A stretch of 64,000 nucleotides of DNA, from NCBI GenBank assembly GCA_000091205.1, contig AP006502.2; one strand, given 5' to 3'. Both the position numbers and the translations under genes were made by a program. This document shows, piece after piece, positions 62,806 to 64,000 of the stretch. The notes under the pieces were generated by a model. That model saw only the letters and a list, made by a program, of their open reading frames with translations. It was not told the origin of the DNA and did no database searches. Position 1 is the stretch's first letter. Every line of letters starts with the position of its first letter. This DNA is from Cyanidioschyzon merolae. Taxonomy: Eukaryota.

Positions 62806-64000
62806 GCGTCTAGTGCAACGTTACTTCATCCCAGCGCATGAAGTTTTTGCATAGATGAAGTGAGCGACGGATTCGAGCCTGTCATGCATTGTGTTGGCGC
62901 TCGATGATGACCGACCTGCATTCCGCGACATTGACGCAGCGTCCGAGGTAGGCGACGCCGTTTCCCGCACGACCTGGATGCGCTGGCATCTTTATGAACG
63001 AGGCTGCACAGCGACATTCGGTGCGCACGCCCAAGACCTATCCAAGCGATTGACACAGCGTTCACTGGGGGCGGTTACTATGCGGTTCCTCTGGGTATGG
63101 ATTCAAAACCAGCATATGCGTATGCGTCGTTCCTTTGGATCCATGTGCCTGAAGAGCAGCATGCTTCCCCATGGATGCACCGTGTCCGGAGTGCGCACCA
63201 GGGCTCGAATGATGGCGAGTGCTGACGCGCCAGCTGTGTTGCGGACACTTACCTGGATGGCGACAGCTGCCTCGGAAGCTCCCATGCGGCAACGTGGACG
63301 CAGGTCGCAAAGCGGTACGCGTTTGATGCAGGGACACGGTCCTTCAGGCATATGCAGGCCGCGAGTCCGTATTTTGCGCGATGAAATTCCCGGTTGCGCT
63401 GGAGGAGCCTGCTGGACCTTGCCGGACTAGGTCAGCGGCACGATACGAGAGATGTTTGCTGAAAGGCTTGCGCTCTGAATCTGTCCCAGAGTGCAGGTGT
63501 TTTCGTTGAGGACGGAGCCGTGTCGCATTAGACTCGAAACGCTTGCAATTCCTGCGTCAAGTCAACGTTTTGGGACGAGTTGCGATGCGACCTCACCCAT
63601 GCATCGAACAGCGCTATCCACGTATGCCGCTGAGGGTGCTTCGTGCTTCGCACTGCGTCCACGAGCGCATTCTCGAGACCACAACCGGCACCATTGGGTA
63701 GCCGTGCGAGAGGCCTCAAGGCAAGGTCACTGCGCGTTGCCGTCACGGGCGACAAGGCCAGCCCGCACACCCACACGGCGATCTTTGGGTCGGTACGAAA
63801 GGCCGTGCTCGCGCATCATACGCGCTCGCATACCGTAAAGTGCAAACACTGTACCAGCTGGTATCTCCGGAGCTGTCCCGTCCGTCGCACATGCGCCTGT
63901 CGCAGCATTCGCTCGCCCGAATCGAAAGTTGAAACATGGGAAGCAGTCGCTTTCCTATACTCGCTGCCTTCGTTCAGGCATGCCCACGAGGAACCGATGC

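Noticed and set aside
1-64000. Reading the window as a bacterial locus because of FtsZ, TatA, MiaB, RlmN, RbfA, S7 and FKBP
   Set aside because: The same window encodes TAF7, a 20S proteasome beta subunit, a KEOPS Bud32 kinase, an AMPK-gamma-like CBS protein and a GT..AG intron with a TACTAAC box. The bacterial-type genes also carry transit-peptide-like N-terminal extensions. So these are nuclear genes for organelle proteins.
22-64000. Taking the ORF-track M as true initiation codons
   Set aside because: Checking the DNA shows that many track starts are TTG or GTG, for example 22, 13768, 14970, 22418, 25644, 33839, 37693, 46842, 48878 and 54226. I re-anchored CDS starts to internal ATGs where possible, and the start coordinates remain uncertain.
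1-64000. tRNA or rRNA genes
   Set aside because: I scanned by eye for the conserved T-arm GGTTCGA(A/T)TCC and D-arm TAGCTCAG-type strings and for rRNA-like conserved blocks. None was found. Without a covariance search this is a weak negative.

Overview
This window reads as a compact, GC-rich (about 55%) eukaryotic nuclear segment. The bacterial-type genes in it are nuclear-encoded organelle proteins, not a prokaryotic island: TAF7, a 20S proteasome beta subunit and a GT..AG spliceosomal intron sit beside them, and several carry N-terminal transit-peptide-like extensions. Genes are close together (about one per 2.5 kb) and almost all are single-exon. The ORF track assigns M to TTG/GTG/CTG starts, so I re-anchored every CDS to an internal ATG where I could find one. 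Calls I trust: mTERF, UDP-glucose 6-dehydrogenase, a lumen-type FKBP, a PiT phosphate transporter (two exons, one 98-nt intron), proteasome beta-6/PSMB1, RlmN, TAF7, DUF1415, Bud32/TP53RK, Erv1/ALR, organellar uS7, RbfA, SNM1/PSO2, glutamine-dependent NAD synthetase, a parvulin-MiaB fusion, TatA/Tha4, an AlkA-like glycosylase, FtsZ, a TraB-family protein and a four-CBS AMPK-gamma-like protein. This gene content and architecture would fit a small unicellular plastid-bearing alga such as an intron-poor red alga, but that is a guess and nothing here proves it. The most striking structure is a ~1.85-kb palindrome at ~29.7-31.6 kb built from two head-to-head, 5'-truncated, decaying copies of a Fanzor/TnpB-like RuvC nuclease gene; only the plus copy still has both catalytic aspartates. 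The second is a ~1.07-kb near-identical inverted repeat pair (7290-8372 and 19293-20360) bracketing 10.9 kb of host genes. Older diverged copies of the same repeat sit at ~38.6 kb and ~43.4 kb, again inverted and bracketing the NAD synthetase gene. I found several short tandem repeats and microsatellites, and no rRNA, tRNA or CRISPR array.
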